Assembly: GCA_964016885.1 (NCBI GenBank)
Contig: OZ024742.1
Span: forward strand, 250,852,001 to 250,916,000
Origin: Eledone cirrhosa
Taxonomy: Eukaryota
Direction of reading: 5' to 3'
DNA length: 64,000 nt
The notes under the pieces are model-generated. The model did no database searches and had not been told where the DNA came from. It saw nothing but the letters and a program-made list of their open reading frames with translations. Below are positions 49,530-62,329 of this stretch, one piece after another. The translations under genes and the position numbers were made by a program. Position 1 is the first letter of the stretch. Every line of letters begins with the position of its first letter.

Positions 49530-51037
49530 TCATCATCATCATCATCGCCGTTTTACGTCCGTTCTTCCATGCTAGCATGGGTTAGACGGGTTGTCCTGTT
49601 GTGCGCAGTGTCTTGTCGGCTGACCATGCCTTGCTCATACAGGAACTGATTTGGGCTTGGTTTCTACAGCTGGATGCCCTTCCTAACACCAACCTCATTT
49701 ACAGTGAGTGCTGGGTGCTTTTTTCCGTGGTGCCTACACGTCCACTTTACAGTGTGGGCTGCGTGCTTTTTTGCCGTGGCACCTCCACGACCACTTTTCA
49801 GTGGGAGGGTGTAGGGCATATTGTCTATATGCTTCAGCTTGTACCCATGGGAGGTCGGGTACTCTGTATTACTGCGTGACGCCAGAGGTCACGGTCATGT
49901 GTCATCGCCTTTGAGAGGTGCAACTGGGTAAGGTCGACCCCTATCACCTCATCCCAGGTCTTCTTGGGTCTCCCCACTCCGCGGCTTCCATTGACTTCTA
50001 GTGCTCTGCACCTTTTTATGCAGCTGTCATCCTTCATACGCATCACATGTCCATACCAACGCATCCACCTCTCCTGCACACAGCATTTGATTCCTCTGAT
50101 GCTCAGTCTCTCTCTCAATTCATTTATGCTTTGCCGTTCGCGTATATTACTATTACACATCCATCAGAGCAGGCTTCGTTTCTTTCTAATCTACGTAAGT
50201 CTTCCACCTTCAGCGCCCAGGTCTCACTACCATGTAACATTGCTGTTCGGATACACGCATCATACAGTCTGCCTTTCATTTTGATGGAGAAGCCTTTTGC
50301 AGCTAACAGTGGCAGTAGTTCCCTGAACTTCTTCCATCCCGTTCTTACTCTAGTTATTGTACTTTCTGAACACCCACCTCCGCTGCTAATTCGGTCACCT
50401 AGGTAGCAGAAGCTGTCTACTGTTTCTACAGAGCCCTCCCAGAGATTGGTGGTGCTTGTTTCCTGTAGCTGTTTGCTGCTTGCTGTCCCAGCACAGCTGC
50501 TACATGTGAAGCCTACATTCTTAATTAAACTTCCTGAGATCCCGCTACATCTCTTGTGTACTCATTGTTTGCATTTGGGGCAGAGAATGGAGTTCCTACC
50601 TACACCTTCACTACATACTGAGCAATGCCATTTCCTTGAGGGGATCTGGGTTCTGTTTTCTCGTCTACTTACAAGGGCCTTAGTCTTTGTCATGTTGACT
50701 TTGAGACCCTTTCTTTCTAGTCCCTACTTCCAAGTTTGGAATTTCTTCTCTAGTTCTACCATAGATTCAGCTATAAGTGTGAGGTCATCTGCATACAGGA
50801 GTTCCCAAGGGCATCCCGTCTTAAACTCCTCCGTTATTGCCTGCAGGACTATGATGAACAGGAGAGGGCTCAGAACAGAGCCCTGGTGGACACCAACCTG
50901 TACGCTAAATTCCTCGCTATACTCATTGCTAATCCTAACTTTGCTGACTGCTCCCTTATACATGGCTTGTACAGCTTTCACAAGCCATTCATCTACTCCT
51001 AGTTTTCTAAGAGCCCACCAGATTATAGCACGTGGAA
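49530..51037 (-). mobile_element. 5'-truncated RTE LINE
   Basis: HQGSVLSP, LYADD, C-terminal WYGHVMR/GRPKKTW, 3' UTR, (GAT)n tail. Confidence 0.92.
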
Positions 51038-51064
51038 CTATATATAAGCATGTATGTGTTATAG

Positions 51065-51102
<38 letters not shown>

Positions 51103-51244
51103 CGTTTCTGAATTTGTTTAGCAAGATTCTTTATCTGAAATCGTGTGTTGAAACCAGAAATTTATAAATATTTAATAAATTAAATTGAAGTGAAAGCAAC
51201 TGGTGCGTGTGTTTCTTATTGGCAACATGACCCTCCCAAAGTAT

Positions 51245-51316
<72 letters not shown>

Positions 51317-51408
51317 GTATGTATATATATATATACACTAATAATAATAAATGTGAAGACTAAAATCTGAAGAGGGCTCGATAAGGATAATATATATATA
51401 AAAATATC

Positions 51409-51455
51409 TTTCAGAAGATCCCGTTAAGGGTGGAAGCAGCGGTTCTTTGCTTAAA
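51409..51455 (+). ncRNA. Hammerhead-like motif with CAGAAGA core (family C), damaged GAAA
   Basis: TTT-CAGAAGA-TCCCGTTAAGGGT-GGAA-GCAGCGGTTCTTTGC-TT-AAA. Confidence 0.5.
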
Positions 51456-51489
51456 TTTTAATCTGTTATTTTAATAAATATATTATATG

Positions 51490-51563
<74 letters not shown>

Positions 51564-51603
51564 GAAATTACATGAATCAAAGTTCTGTTTAAACCATTTA
51601 TTA

Positions 51604-51648
51604 GCTTACAATTGTTTCGTCCAAACCGAGGTTTGGAGTCTTCGGCGC
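51604..51648 (-). ncRNA. Hammerhead ribozyme with CCGAAGA core (family B)
   Basis: Reverse complement of 52027-52071. Confidence 0.65.
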
Positions 51649-52026
51649 AGTTTTTCAATGATTGTTTACATACATGACCTCCTTTCCAACACAAGAGACA
51701 CACAGAAACATATGTATATATCGATGCACAGTGGGTTGACATCCATTATAATATTTTAGCATGGCAATTTACATTCAAAGATTAAAATCATATTAAAAGA
51801 AAATTAAAACAAAATTAAAGTTAAAATACAATATCGGCAGTTTACGAAGATAATGCAAGAGGATAGTTTGAAGTAGTTAGTGTATGCAATAGTTACACGT
51901 GGGGCATGCACGTGTGTCTTATTTATATAAGATTTATATAAATCTTATCATCGATATATACATATGTTTCTGTGTGTCTCTTGTGTTGGAAAGGAGGTCA
52001 TGTATGTAAACAATCATTGAAAAGCT

Positions 52027-52071
52027 GCGCCGAAGACTCCAAACCTCGGTTTGGACGAAACAATTGTAAGC
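52027..52071 (+). ncRNA. Hammerhead ribozyme with CCGAAGA core (family B)
   Basis: GCG-CCGAAGA-CTCCAAACCTCGGTTTGGAC-GAAA-CAATTG-TA-AGC; weak stem I. Confidence 0.65.
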
Positions 52072-52309
52072 TAATAAATGGTTTGAACAGAACTTTGATT
52101 CATGTGATTTCTATATAACTGCTCTGTAGAACAACTGATGTTATTACATTGAGCTATTTATCTTACTGGTAATAAGGTAGTAATAAATTACTGTCTTTCA
52201 CTGTTTAGGGTTTAAAATATATATAACTATAAAAGGTTTTAGTATATACATAACCATAAATAGTATCCTTAATATTATGTATATATATATGTATATATAT
52301 ATGTATATA

Positions 52310-52361
<52 letters not shown>

Positions 52362-53150
52362 TTTTATATATATATATGTATGTATATATGTTTATGTGTG
52401 TATGTATGTATGTGTATGTGTGTATGTATGTATATATCTATATGTACATGTGTGTATGTATGAACGTATGTATGTACATATATATATGTATATGTGTGTG
52501 TGTGTATATATGTATACATATATGTATGTGTGTGTGTGTGTATATAGGTATACATATATGTATGTGTGTGTGTATATGCGTATATATAGGCATGTATGTA
52601 TATGTGTGTGTATATATATGTAGATGTGTATGTATATGTAGGTATGTGTATATATATATGTGTATATAAGTGTGTATATGAATATATATATGTCTGTGTG
52701 TGTGTATATTTGTGTGTGTGTATATATATGTATATTTATGTATATGAATATGTATATGTATGTGTATGTATACGTTGGCACATACATATGCACAGGCCTA
52801 AATCTTAACTATACTTTAATGTTCTCATCATTATTTACTTTTACCATTTTAATAACCTGTCATTTTCGTTTAACAACTTTTATTTATATTATTCTTAAAC
52901 TCCGGAGCTGGAAATCATTCGATTATTCTAACTAGAACATTAGTCTAATGACTGCTTTTATACCATAAATGTATTTTTGACTTTGCAAGAAAATGTTCTC
53001 CTTGCTCCACATAATGACGTAATTATCCTCGCTTTTTTTCCATTCATTGCCAGGGAACATCTTCACGAACCAAAGTAACGTCTTCCTATTTTGCTTTGGT
53101 TGTAACGTTTTTCAAAATATTTACTTCTGTGTCCACTGACTGATTTTTGT

Positions 53151-53203
53151 AAGTTTCAGAAGATCCCGTTAAGGGAGAAAGCAGCGATTCTTTGCTTAAA
53201 CTT
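53151..53203 (+). ncRNA. Type I hammerhead ribozyme with CAGAAGA core (family C)
   Basis: AAGTTT-CAGAAGA-TCCC-GTTAA-GGGA-GAAA-GCA-GCGATTCTT-TGC-TT-AAACTT: all three stems pair, CUU site. Confidence 0.72.
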
Positions 53204-53227
53204 TAATCTGTTCTTATAATAAATATA

Positions 53228-53270
53228 TGATGATTTCTCCTGAATGAAACAGTTCTAGTCCTGTAGAAGC
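53228..53270 (+). ncRNA. 5'-clipped hammerhead ribozyme (family of 828-878)
   Basis: TGATGA-TTTCTCCTGAAT-GAAA-CAG-TTCTAGTC-CTG-TA-GAAGC. Confidence 0.6.
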
Positions 53271-53919
53271 CATTTCTATATTTATTATAATATATTATAT
53301 ATATATATGTGTGTGTGTATATATATATATATATATAAGGTAAATAAATTGAAAATGCAACTGAAGTCTTTAAAGGATATTTTTTATTTCCTTTACCGGT
53401 TTCACAGTTTTTATGATTTTCAAAAGTAAAATTGAGATGGAGGGTTTGTATTTCTATTGTGGTTTGTCTTGCATCATATATGTATATATATAGAGAGATA
53501 TAAACCTAGGAAAATTAACAAAGAGAGGACAAGACAACAAACAAAAACAAGGCAAAACGAAAAACAATTTTTTTAAGAAGAAATCTTTAAAAATTATTTT
53601 TTGAAAATATAAATACTAACGAAATCTCCAAAATCATCGTCCGTTGAGATGTACTTTGGCAGTTTTGTCCCCTACCAACAGTACTGCAGATTTTCCAGGG
53701 ATCACTTCCATCCAGAGAAATATTCAATTTGTAGCAGTCAGGTCAGGAAGTCCAAAAAATGAGGAGTTTCCTTAAAGATTGGACAGCCTCACAACATTGG
53801 TGCACTTCTCTGATGCAGTAGGGATTTTGAAGAAAAAAAGGTAATTCTTTGTCTATTCTTTCCTTGCATTTATAATTTTATATATTTATATATATACATA
53901 TATATATAATTATATATAT

Positions 53920-55330
53920 AAGTACCTAGTTAAAAGTGAGCCGCTCTACTTGGCATTCGTCGATCTGGAGAAAGCCTTTGACAGAGTTCCCAGTGTTATA
54001 ATCTGGTGGCTTGTGAAAGCTGTACAAGCCATGTATAGAGGAGCAGTCAGCAAAGTTAGGATTAGCAATGAGTACCCAAAGGAACTCCTGTATGTAGATG
54101 ACCATGCACTTATAGCTGAATCTATGGTAGAACTAGAGAAGAAATTCCAAACATGGAAGCAGGGACTAGAAAGGGTCTCAAAGTCAACATGACAAAGACT
54201 AAGGTCCTTGTAAGTAGACGAGAAAACAGAACCCAGATCCCCACAGGGAAATGGCCTTGCTCAGTATGAAGTGAAGGTGTAGGTAGGAACTCCTACAAAC
54301 AATGGGTATACAAGAGATGTGGGATCTCAGGAAGCTTAACTAAGAATGTAGGCTTCACATGTAGCAGCTGCGCTGGGACAGCAAGAAGCAAACAGCCACA
54401 GGAAACAAGCACCACCAAACTCTGGGAGGGCTCTGTAGAAACAGTAGACAACTTCTGCTATCTAGGTGACCGAATCAGCAGCGGAGGTGGGCATTCAGAA
54501 AGTACAATTACTAGTGTAAGAATGGAAAGGAAGAAGTTCAGGGAGCTACTGCCACTGCTAGCTGCAAAAGGCTTTTCCCTCAAAATGAAAGGCAGACTGT
54601 ATGATGCGTGTATACGAACAGCAATGTAACATGGTAGTGAGACCTGGTCACTGTCTGTAGAAGACTTACGTAGATTAGAAAGAAACGAAGCCTGCATGCT
54701 CCGATGGATGTGTAATAGTAATATACGCGAATGGTAAAGCATAAACGAATTGAGAGAGGAATCAAATGCTGTGTGCAGGAGAGGCGGTTGCATTGGTATG
54801 GATATGTGATGCGTATGAAGGATGACAGCTGCATAAAAAGGTGCAGAACACTAGAAGTTGATGGAAGCCGCGGAGTGGGGAGACCCAAGAAAACCTGGGA
54901 TGAGGTGATAAAAGCCAACCATACTCAATTGGACCTCTCAATGGCGATGACACATGACCATGACCTCTGGCGTCACGCAGTAATATAGAAGACCCAACCA
55001 CCCACGGGTACAAGCTGAAGCTGAAGCATATGGACAATATGCCCCCACACTCTCCCACAGCAAAGTGGTCGTGGAGGTGCCACGGCAAAAAACCACCTAG
55101 CCCACACTGTAAAGTGGACGTGTAGACGCCACGGAAAAAAAGCACCCAGCACTCACTGTAAATGAAGTTGGTATTAGAAAGGGCATCCAGCTGTAGAAAC
55201 CAAGCCCAAATCAGTTCCTGTATGAGCAAGGCATGGTCAGCCGACCAGACACTGCCCACAACAGGACAACCCGTCTAACCCATGCTAGCATGGAAGAACG
55301 GACGTAAAACGGTGATGATGACGATGATGA
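53920..55330 (+). mobile_element. 5'-truncated, internally deleted RTE LINE between (TA)n tracts
   Basis: AFVDLEKAFDRVP, C-terminal motifs, 3' UTR, (GAT)n; same subfamily as 49530-51037. Confidence 0.92.
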
Positions 55331-55344
55331 TATATATATATATA

Positions 55345-55563
55345 ATGATTTGTAGTTTAGGCACAAGGCCAGTAATTTGGGGGGAGCGGAAAGTCGATTA
55401 AATTGACCCCAGTGCGTGACTGGTACTTTATTTTATCGACCCCGTAAGGATGAAAGGCAAAGTTAACCTCGGCGGGATTTGAACTCAGACCGTAAAGGAC
55501 CGTAACTCTATGCTGCAAAGTATGGTGTCCGACTCTCTACCGATACTGCCAATCCACCGCCCT
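55345..55563 (-). mobile_element. tRNA-derived SINE (family S1, long form)
   Basis: Matches the other S1 copies; includes the internal segment also seen at 17870-17900. Confidence 0.85.
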
Positions 55564-56100
55564 TAATAATAATAATAATAATTCTGTCATTACCACAACA
55601 ACGGTCCGACAAGCTTTTGATTCCAGAGGCTGACTAGGTCGATACAGATTGAACCTTGAGCTGATCAATAGCGAAATGCCCATCTCTACTCAATAAACGT
55701 AATGAAGACATAACAAATCATCCTTTTTAATATTATTATTACACTCTGCTTAGTACTACACCTCTATACTTATTGGAAGCTACTCATTGAGTGCTCACTC
55801 TGGTGAACCTACAGCAACTAGACATTAGAATGCCTCTATCTATCTATATATATATATATATATATATATACTTTATCGCAGATGTGCAACGAAAGATTTA
55901 TGTAAACTATATATATATGTGTTTGTCTATATTGTATCTGTATTATTTTTGACCGCCGGTCAGTCAATGGCAACATTGAGGACCGAGTAAGTTAGATCGC
56001 AGATATATATATATAAAAGACAGCGAGAAGCGAAAACCAACCAAACAGTGAGTGTGTTCTGTTATTAATTCTGGCAATATTACGCAAATATGACCCTCCC

Positions 56101-56161
<61 letters not shown>

Positions 56162-56164
56162 TGT

Positions 56165-56512
56165 ATGTGCAATGTAAATGTGAGAAAAAAGCAGAACTGA
56201 GATGAAATAAGGGGAAAACTGGGCTTAAGAGCAATCTGAAGTGGTGTGCAAGAGAGAAGACTGCATTGGTACAGACATGTGATGCATATGGATAATGATT
56301 GGTGAGTGAAGAAGTGCCTGGAAATTCCAGTGGAGAGAGGCCACAGTAGAGGTAGACCAAGGAAGAACTGGGTGAGAGCTGATTTCAAAACACAGAGGAG
56401 ATGACAAAAGAATGCAGTGAATGGAGAGATGCTGAAAAGGACTTGTCCAACCTATGCAAGCCTGGAAAAATGAACTTAAAAACAGTGGTGATGATGATGA
56501 TGATGATGATGA
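56165..56512 (+). mobile_element. Degraded RTE 3' fragment
   Basis: VQERRLHWYRHVMH, GRPRKNW remnants and (GAT)n tail. Confidence 0.75.
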
Positions 56513-56694
56513 TATATATATATATACATATTGAGTGCTCACTCTGGTGAACCTACAGCAACTATACATTAGAATGCCTCTATCTATCTATCCATCTGTG
56601 ATAACATTTTACACGTTTTTATTGTATGTAAACTTCCCCCTTTGTATTTGTCCCCTTCTTTTGTGCCCCTGTGGCTAATAAAGAAATATATCTA

Positions 56695-56771
<77 letters not shown>

Positions 56772-56777
56772 TGTATG

Positions 56778-57055
56778 TGCAATTCTCAGACCGGGTGATG
56801 TGTTGTTTCCTTGAGCAAGACACTTTATTTCACATTGCTCCAGTTTACTCAGCTGTAGAAATGAAATGATAGGGACTGGGGTCCATATCATTCCACTGTA
56901 AAGTGGTCGTGGAGGTGCCATGGCAAAAAAGCACCCAGCACTCACTGTAGATGGGGTTGGTGTTAGGAAGGGCATCCAGCTGTAGAAATCAAGCCAAAAT
57001 CAGTTCCCGTCCCACCCTTGCAAGCAGGGAAAAAGCGGACGTAAAATGAAATGAA
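56778..57055 (+). mobile_element. 5'-truncated SINE (family S2)
   Basis: Nearly identical to 31693-31965. Confidence 0.85.
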
Positions 57056-57109
57056 TGAATGATGAATATATATATATATATATATATATTTATTAAAATA
57101 ACAGATTAA

Positions 57110-57160
57110 AGTTTAAGCAAAGAATCGCTGCTTTCACCCTTAACAGGATCTTCTGAAACT
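57110..57160 (-). ncRNA. Type I hammerhead ribozyme with CAGAAGA core (family C)
   Basis: AGTTT-CAGAAGA-TCCTGTTAAGGGT-GAAA-GCAGCGATTCTTTGC-TT-AAACT; the element 57089-57440 is homologous to 52890-53225. Confidence 0.7.
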
Positions 57161-57780
57161 AAAAAAAATCAATCTCTGAACGCAGAAGTAAATATTTCGA
57201 AAAACGTTGCAGCCAAAGGAAAACAGGAAGACGATACTTTGGTTCGTGGAGACATTCCCTGGCAATGAACGGGGAAAAAGCGAAGATAATATGTCATTAT
57301 TTGGAGCGGTGAGAACAATTACACGCAAAGAACAATTACACGCAAAGACAAAACCATGTTTATGGTATAAATGAAGTCGTAGACTAATATTCTATTTAGG
57401 AAACCGAATAATTCTCGGCTTCAGAGTTAAGAATAATGTAAATAAATTATAATTGAATATAAAAGAGAGATAAACACAGATATATACATATATGTGATCA
57501 AATTGTAAGGGACCAGATTCGCTAGGGTGAAAATAATACTAACTATGAACAATAGGGTTTGCCAAACTCAATTTAATTATCTATCTTTCCATCTCTTTAT
57601 TTTGTTCCATGCATTTCTTCTTTTTTCTTCTTTTTCTTCGTTTTCTGTCTTTCTTTCCTTTTTTTCTCTCTTTCTTTCTCTCTGTTTACAATTTTTTCAC
57701 TGCCAATTCAACTTTTCAAATACAAGTCGATGTTGTACGGTATGTCAAATCTATTTATCTATAAAACTGTTTATATTGTA

Positions 57781-57842
57781 TTTTGTCTGAGGAAGGCATA
57801 GCATATTGTTAATATGATATCCCTGAAATATATATAATGAAA
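57781..57842 (+). ncRNA. Minimal type I hammerhead ribozyme (family A-related)
   Basis: TTTTGT-CTGAGGA-AGGCATAGCATATTGTTAATATGATATCCCT-GAAA-TATATA-TA-ATGAAA. Confidence 0.7.
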
Positions 57843-58231
57843 TAAATATGGTTTTATAAATATAGTTTCCATTTATTTAATATCGTATGTATATATCTGT
57901 ATTTATCTCTCTTTTATATTCAATTATAATACACGGCTCGGAAAAATCTCCTATATACCTTTGATATATATCAAAGGTATATATTGAGTTAGAAACTCAA
58001 AATAGTCTCTTACAATTAAATAGCTCAAGGAAAGAGATTTTTCCGAGCCGTGTATTATAATTGAATATAAAAGAGAGATAAATACAGATATATACATACA
58101 GTACCTACAGTAACTGTAAGTTACACTCCCTATATATATATATATATATATAAAACGAAGAAATTGTCGTAAAGAACCAGATGGACTATAACACCCCAGA
58201 GTACTCAATACTTAGAGTAGTAGAGTGGGAA

Positions 58232-58358
58232 ATAGGAAAAAGTATGACCCCGACGGCAGAGCTCAAGCTATTTCGACAGCTAATTCTGAACTCATTGAGT
58301 CCAGAATAAGCCGTCGAAACGGCTTGAGCTCTGCCATCGGGGTCATACTTTTTCCTAT
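58232..58358. repeat. Palindrome whose arms carry an HHR 3' half
   Basis: GTC-GAAA-CGGC-TTGAGCTCT-GCCGTC-GGGGTC type sequence on both strands; relatives at 3915-3995 and 38280-38418. Confidence 0.8.
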
Positions 58359-59787
58359 ATATATATATATATATATGGACATTTACCTGCAGAACCCAAG
58401 ACAAGGTCATCTAATTTATTTAGCCTCAAAATATGTCAACTTGTCTAGCTCATGCAAGCTTGGAAAATAGACGTTAAATGATGATGATGATGATGATATA
58501 TGATATATATATATATTAATAATAATAATAACAGTGTTGCTATTATTGGGTATAAACTTTATCAGAAGGTTTAAAGCTCAGTGCAATGGGGTTCACGCGG
58601 AGCTGAAATATAAAGATTAAGCCAATCTTTATATATATATATATATAAATAAATATATAAATACATAATCGGAGAAAGCTAATAGCGATTTATTTGGCCG
58701 GAGCCAAATAAATATATATATATACACACACACATACGAATACATTTATATATTTACAAATGCACTCACAACCATGCACAAGACCTCGCCCCACTATGCC
58801 CACACACATACACACATATATATTTGTAAACATATACATACAAAAAGAAATAGACATGCTTACCTCATTAATAAAAAATATCAAGCAATCAATACTGTGT
58901 TTTATGACATAAGAATGATGTTTATAAATAATCCAAATGTTTTGTATCTACTATCCTGTGGCAATAATTTTCTTTTTAGTAATGAGTTAATCTCAAATAG
59001 ATCCTGGTTCACTTAATGTAATTTCTCAGAAACAAAAATCAGGTGTCACAATGACAAAAACCTGTGACAGTATATGCATTTCATAAGAATGTTTGATATC
59101 TACTGGATATAACTTCGAAGGGTTGATGTCATGGAAACATATTTTCCAGATGGCTGATTGCTTTGTTGGAAGTAATTCGATTGAAATATATCATAGCTGT
59201 GAGGAGGGACTTTATTGAAAGGCTCATTGACAAACTTCTGTTTTTTCTACGAAACTGACACTCTCTCCTGAAGTTTCATAAACCACATTGATAAATATTG
59301 ATTGAAAATCAATGGAAAGAGACAATAGGCCAGAAACATTTTATCTGACTTAATTTGTTTTACTTTTTATCAGCTTGTAACGAATGTTATCTCACCAAGG
59401 CACTAGCATTGTTACATTATATCACTTTATCATTGTCTCTGATCACACTAAATTTTCATTTTACACTACACAATCCATACTCATGCATGTCTATACATTT
59501 GACTGGGTGTAACCTCATATGACCCTTTCAACCATTTTGGATATTTCCACAATGCTGCTGTGTGGTAAAGATCTTTATCAATTTATTTAGTGAATGCAAG
59601 AAATTATTATATATTTACTATAGTTGTATAAATGTGTGAGACAACTGTGTGTGTTGTGAGACACAGCATGTTCAAATGATGAAGAAGTTTGTAATCATAA
59701 GGTCCTGGGTTCAATCCTATTGTGTAACATCTTGAACAAGTATCATTTGTCATAACCTCAGGCAGACCCAAGCCTTGAGAGAGATGT

Positions 59788-60195
59788 TCATCATCATCAT
59801 CGTTTAACGTCTATCTTCCACACTAGCATGGGTTATACGGGAATTGTCCCACTTGAGGCAAGATTGATCGGGTGACCGTGTCTCACTCATATAGGACTGT
59901 ATCTGGCAGGTTTTCTATGGCTGGATGCCCTTCCTAACACCAACCACATTTACAGTGTGGACTGAGAGCCTTTTTACAGTGTTTGCTACACAGCCACTTT
60001 ACAGCATGGACTGTGTGTTTTTTTGTCATGACACCTATACAACCTATTTAGATTGGAGTGGATGTTGTGGTACCAACATAACTTTACAGAGAAAGGGTGG
60101 TGTTGGTGGGAGTGGGAGGATGGAGTAGGGGTAGTGGGTTGGGTGCATATTTGATTAGGAGAAGCCTACTGACTGTAGGCTTTGTACATAGGGAA
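59788..60195 (-). mobile_element. RTE 3' UTR fragment (subfamily of 25478-25930)
   Basis: Colinear similarity including the (GAT)n tail. Confidence 0.85.
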
Positions 60196-60839
60196 GACGG
60201 AAGCTTGTCAGATAGTCTGTTCCTGTAATTCAAACATCCAATCTTTTCATACACTGTGTTATGCTGAATTATATTAAGGGTATATGTGTCTGTGAAATAG
60301 TCAGCCACACACACTATATATATACAATATAGACAGTACCTGTAATTCATATACTATGTCATGCTAAATCTGTCATACTAACAGTACACATGCCTGTAGA
60401 ATACTCAGTCACTTGCACATTAATTTCAAGAGTAGGGTGCTCTGTTGATCAAATAATTGGAACACTATTGTCAAAACTGACAAGAGTCCATTCAATTCCA
60501 ATATTGTAATTCAACCTCATGTCAGCCTTGATCCAGCACACTTTTGATAAAAGTGTCAAAGCTGGAAATAGTCCACCTTTTATAACATATAATATATCTA
60601 AATCCATTAACAAGTTTAATATGACCATTCAATCTAGTGGTATCTTTTACATAGTTCACTAAGGTAGTAGTCTTAATCCATTGTCCAATTTAATATTACC
60701 ACGTGGTCACCATTTAATGGAGTCCATCCTGTAGCCTTTTTCTCTGATATGAGGATAACTTCCTCCATTCCACTCACTCGTCTTGACTGTATTGCAAATG
60801 GGCAATAGGGACTGCCCTATCCCCTTCTTTAAGCCAGAA

Positions 60840-61030
60840 AAATCTAGGATTGTATTAACTATCATGTCCTGGATTTTTAAGATAGTAGAGTGTGATATGG
60901 TCCATCCTCCAAGGAACAGTTCAAGAGAAAAGAACGCAAGAACATCAGAAGAAGAAATGGGTGTATGACATCACAAAATGGACTGGTAAAGAATTTGTCT
61001 TGTAACAAGGATGGATGGAGGGAAGTTACA
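60840..61030 (+). mobile_element. Old RTE/BovB-like LINE C-terminal fragment
   Basis: ILQGTVQEKRTQEHQKKKWVYDITKWTG. Confidence 0.6.
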
Positions 61031-61212
61031 TTGTTCCACCTGGCAACACCCAATAACCTTCCAGGGTGTGGGATTGGTAGCAGTAGTGGTAAAAGCTGTG
61101 CATTGAGGGAATTATGGTTGCTACTTCTAGCAGGTTGAGTGACTTCAACAAAGGTCCTGTCATTAATCAATGGAGTGCTCTGGACACTGAAACCAGATGT
61201 GCTGCATACAAT

Positions 61213-61400
61213 AATTGTTTCTACTTTTGGCACAAGGTCAGCAATTACCCCAATACATTACTAGTGCTTTATTTTATCAAGCCATAAGAATGAAAGGCAA
61301 AGTTAGCCTCGGCGGGATTTGTACTCAGAACATAAAGGGCCATAACTCTATGATGCAAAACATGGTGTCTGATGCTCTATGATACTGCCAATTGATCGCC
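61213..61400 (-). mobile_element. tRNA-derived SINE (family S1)
   Basis: Matches the other S1 copies. Confidence 0.85.
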
Positions 61401-61484
61401 TATGCTGTGTACAATAATACAATAAATTCATGTGAGTAATCCTTTTATTTCAGGAAAGTTTGCTCATCAGAGCCACAAACTTAC

Positions 61485-61511
61485 TCTAGAGACTTCCTTC
61501 ACAGGCAACAT
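61485..61511 (-). CDS. Possible 27-bp micro-exon of the host gene (MLPVKEVSR)
   Basis: ggttcag acceptor, AGA|gtaagt consensus donor; only phase 0 is open; weak pyrimidine tract. Confidence 0.35.
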
Positions 61512-62329
61512 CTGAACCCTAGTATATAAGTTCTTACCAATATACACTAATTCCAGTTTCCTTGTATTCTACTGCTTTGTCACCATCTATGTTACTAATT
61601 TGTACAATTTCTATTTTATAATCAATGTTAAAGTATCATTACGATGTGTTCTGTTTGTTGTTGTTGTTGTTGTTGCTGTTAGACCAGAACTTCTCAAATT
61701 GCAGAGGCATGATGAAACTACCTTGCAAGGAATATTGAGCCATGATTTGAGACATGGTATGAAAATAAGCAATCACATTCATCCCATGGAAAGGATTCTT
61801 ATTGTTATTTCTTTGATTTTAATTAACATTAAAAAATATAAAATTTATTTCATCATCATCACTACTGTTTTAACGTCTGTTTTCCCTACTAGCAAGGGTT
61901 GGACTAAAAGAAGTTACTATCAGTCACTATGAGGAATCAAACTCCATATCACCCATATACTGGTTAGGTGCTTTTAGCCATTAAGCCAAAGGACCATTTC
62001 TATGTTTAGTTCCTGCCAAGCTACTACCCAGGAACATTTCTATACAGTATTAGTACCAATTGTCTTTACAGCACGAGTAATGGGTTGCACAAAAAACGTA
62101 TTTGATCAGAAGGAGTCACAAATGGAAACATTTTTAGAAGTCCTAATTTAGCCCTAGGTCTAGTCTTAGCTACTGCATTTTTTTTCTATTACATTTACTG
62201 TATATAATGTACATTGTGTAAAATTTCACTCCCAAACCATATATATATATATAAACAAAGACTGTATAATTCCTATCCCTTTTCTTTCACCGATAACTGA
62301 ACAATGCTATATGAAACTCATCATCAGGA

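Noticed and set aside
51367-51390. Isolated CTGAAGA boxes (also at 15244)
   Set aside because: No stem II-GAAA-stem III follows
53391-53426. Minus-strand GAAACCGGTA with a palindromic stem III
   Set aside because: Upstream core reads TTGAAAA and stem II is poor; too decayed to call
59099-59268. Possible minus-strand terminal exon
   Set aside because: Three competing acceptors and frames, none clearly better, and a stop here conflicts with the downstream exon chain
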